From positions 1 to 51,454 of the forward strand of contig NW_021834328.1 of the NCBI RefSeq assembly GCF_006345805.1: 51,454 bases of DNA. Direction: 5' to 3'. Below the pieces are notes generated by a model. That model saw only the letters and a list, made by a program, of their open reading frames with translations. It was not told where the DNA came from and ran no database searches. Shown one piece after another: positions 49,991 to 51,454 of the stretch (positions are counted from its first letter, which is position 1; every line of letters starts with the position of its first letter). The position numbers were made by a program, and so were the translations under genes. This DNA is from Octopus sinensis (taxonomy: Eukaryota).

Positions 49991-50908
49991 TTGTAGAAAG
50001 ACAAGCGCTGAGAAGAAGCATTTCAGATAGTTCTCCGCTTTTGTAGTTGTGTTTATATATTTCTCTTTGCGCGTGTGTCTGCTTACGATTGAGCTAATGA
50101 CTTTATATTATTGCATTATGTACATGTAAGTATGTATAAGTGTTTGTTTGTGTGTATGTGTATGTGCGTCCGTGTGTGTGTGTGTGGAAACAAAAGGATG
50201 ATGGCTTGATGTAAATGGACGTGAAACAACATTTATAAAGCAATATGCAATGATATAAACAGTAAGTAAAGAAGCAGAAGGGATGTAGTCGTCGAAAGAC
50301 TGGTCAATAAGTTAACTAGACGGAACTGGTGGGAGGTAGGAAACCTAGCATTAAGCACAACGTTAGTGGATTAAAAAACAACAACATGATTATAGAACTT
50401 AAGAAGAAGAAGAAAATAAGAAAAAGAAAACTGCCGAAAGAAAGTAAAACAAAGAAATAATAAAAATGAAAAATAAATGAAAAATAATCAATAAATGTGA
50501 GAATGAGAGAAATCCAAGATGGCTATTTTTCAGTTAAATAATAAAGGAAGAAAAACATAAGCGATATGTGGGCGGATTTGAACGCAGATATGAAGGGTTC
50601 GTCTCCGGTTTATCTTCTGTTTGGAAGAAAATTGCATTGTTAGGGTTTTGTGTGTTTTGAATGAAGAGATCTTTAGAACACGAGGAGTTGTTAACGCCAG
50701 GGTTCGTCAAACTCTCCATTTGATTTCGTTTATTCGTTACCGTTGATTCAGTTCCGCTTAGCTGTTGGACCTTTTTTTTTTTTTGAAAGGAGAAAATATT
50801 TCCTAAGGTGAGGAAAAGTTTTCTATGATCAATGGATGTCTTTAAATCAAGCACTTAATGAACGAGATTTTGAATCGGGTGAAAGCCAGTTAACCCGACC
50901 TTCCTCTG

Positions 50909-50983
<75 letters not shown>

Positions 50984-51029
50984 CGTTTCCCTTGCCTGTA
51001 TATATATATGTGTGTGTGTGTGTGAGTGT

Positions 51030-51170
51030 GTGAAATTTTAGCCAAAAGAATCGAATTCTGTACTTATTAATCGGCCTGGTACTTATTCTATCGGTCGCTT
51101 TTGCCGAACTGCTTCACTATGGTGACGTAAACACGTCGACACCGGTTGTCAAGCGGTGACGCAGGACAAA
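51030..51170 (-). mobile_element. SINE S2, 3' half
   Basis: CCTGGTACTTATTCTATCGGTCGCTTTTGCCGAAC..GACGTAAACAC..CCGGTTGTCAAGCG. Confidence 0.8.
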
Positions 51171-51454
51171 CAACTTTTTATAGTATAGCATCATAAATTA
51201 GATGATCTTTACACGCGTTTCAGTGGTGTGCACTGGTATAGTGGCGGTAATTATTACAAAGAAGGTTGCGCAATAATTCTATACTCATCAGAAAAAATAA
51301 TAATTTTACACCATTGTTGGAAAGCTTGTAAGGGGATTGTTATTTAGAGTGGAATCAGTGTTCGGTTCGTTATTATAGTTGGTGCTAAGGCTGTCAATTA
51401 TTAAGAGGTTGAGGGTGGTATTGTTGGGTTGTATGGTATGATAATTATTGTGCT

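Overview
Eukaryotic, AT-rich, intergenic or intronic DNA dominated by microsatellites and transposon debris. The SINE repertoire looks like that of an octopod cephalopod (from recall, not verified). I recognise no host gene, tRNA, rRNA or CRISPR array, and almost all ORFs in the supplied track are translations of simple repeats. Recognisable elements: two mariner pseudogenes, two copies of a Tc1 deletion derivative, a DD37D/Tc3-like fragment with an internal inversion, 3' ends of CR1/L2-like, Tx1/L1-like and RTE LINEs, Helitron-like ends, a Tigger-like MITE with an expanded 14-bp motif, and several tRNA-headed SINE families. The main unannotated signal is five sequence-unrelated families of type I hammerhead ribozyme motifs, which I label H1-H5. 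They resemble the ribozymes of Penelope-like elements (PLEs) and retrozymes. H3 is an identical, intact pair at opposite ends of a 4-kb inverted-repeat element containing a GIY-YIG-type C-terminal fragment. H4 and H5 have compensatory core changes (G3-C8 and U3-A8). H1 is a tandem trimer with a conserved A6U change. Several short fold-back elements share one architecture: a short inverted arm, a longer arm with a tail, and an 11-14 bp target-site duplication (TSD). One of them begins at a predicted ribozyme cleavage site. All folds and alignments were done by eye, so boundaries of diverged repeats are approximate and no cleavage activity has been shown.
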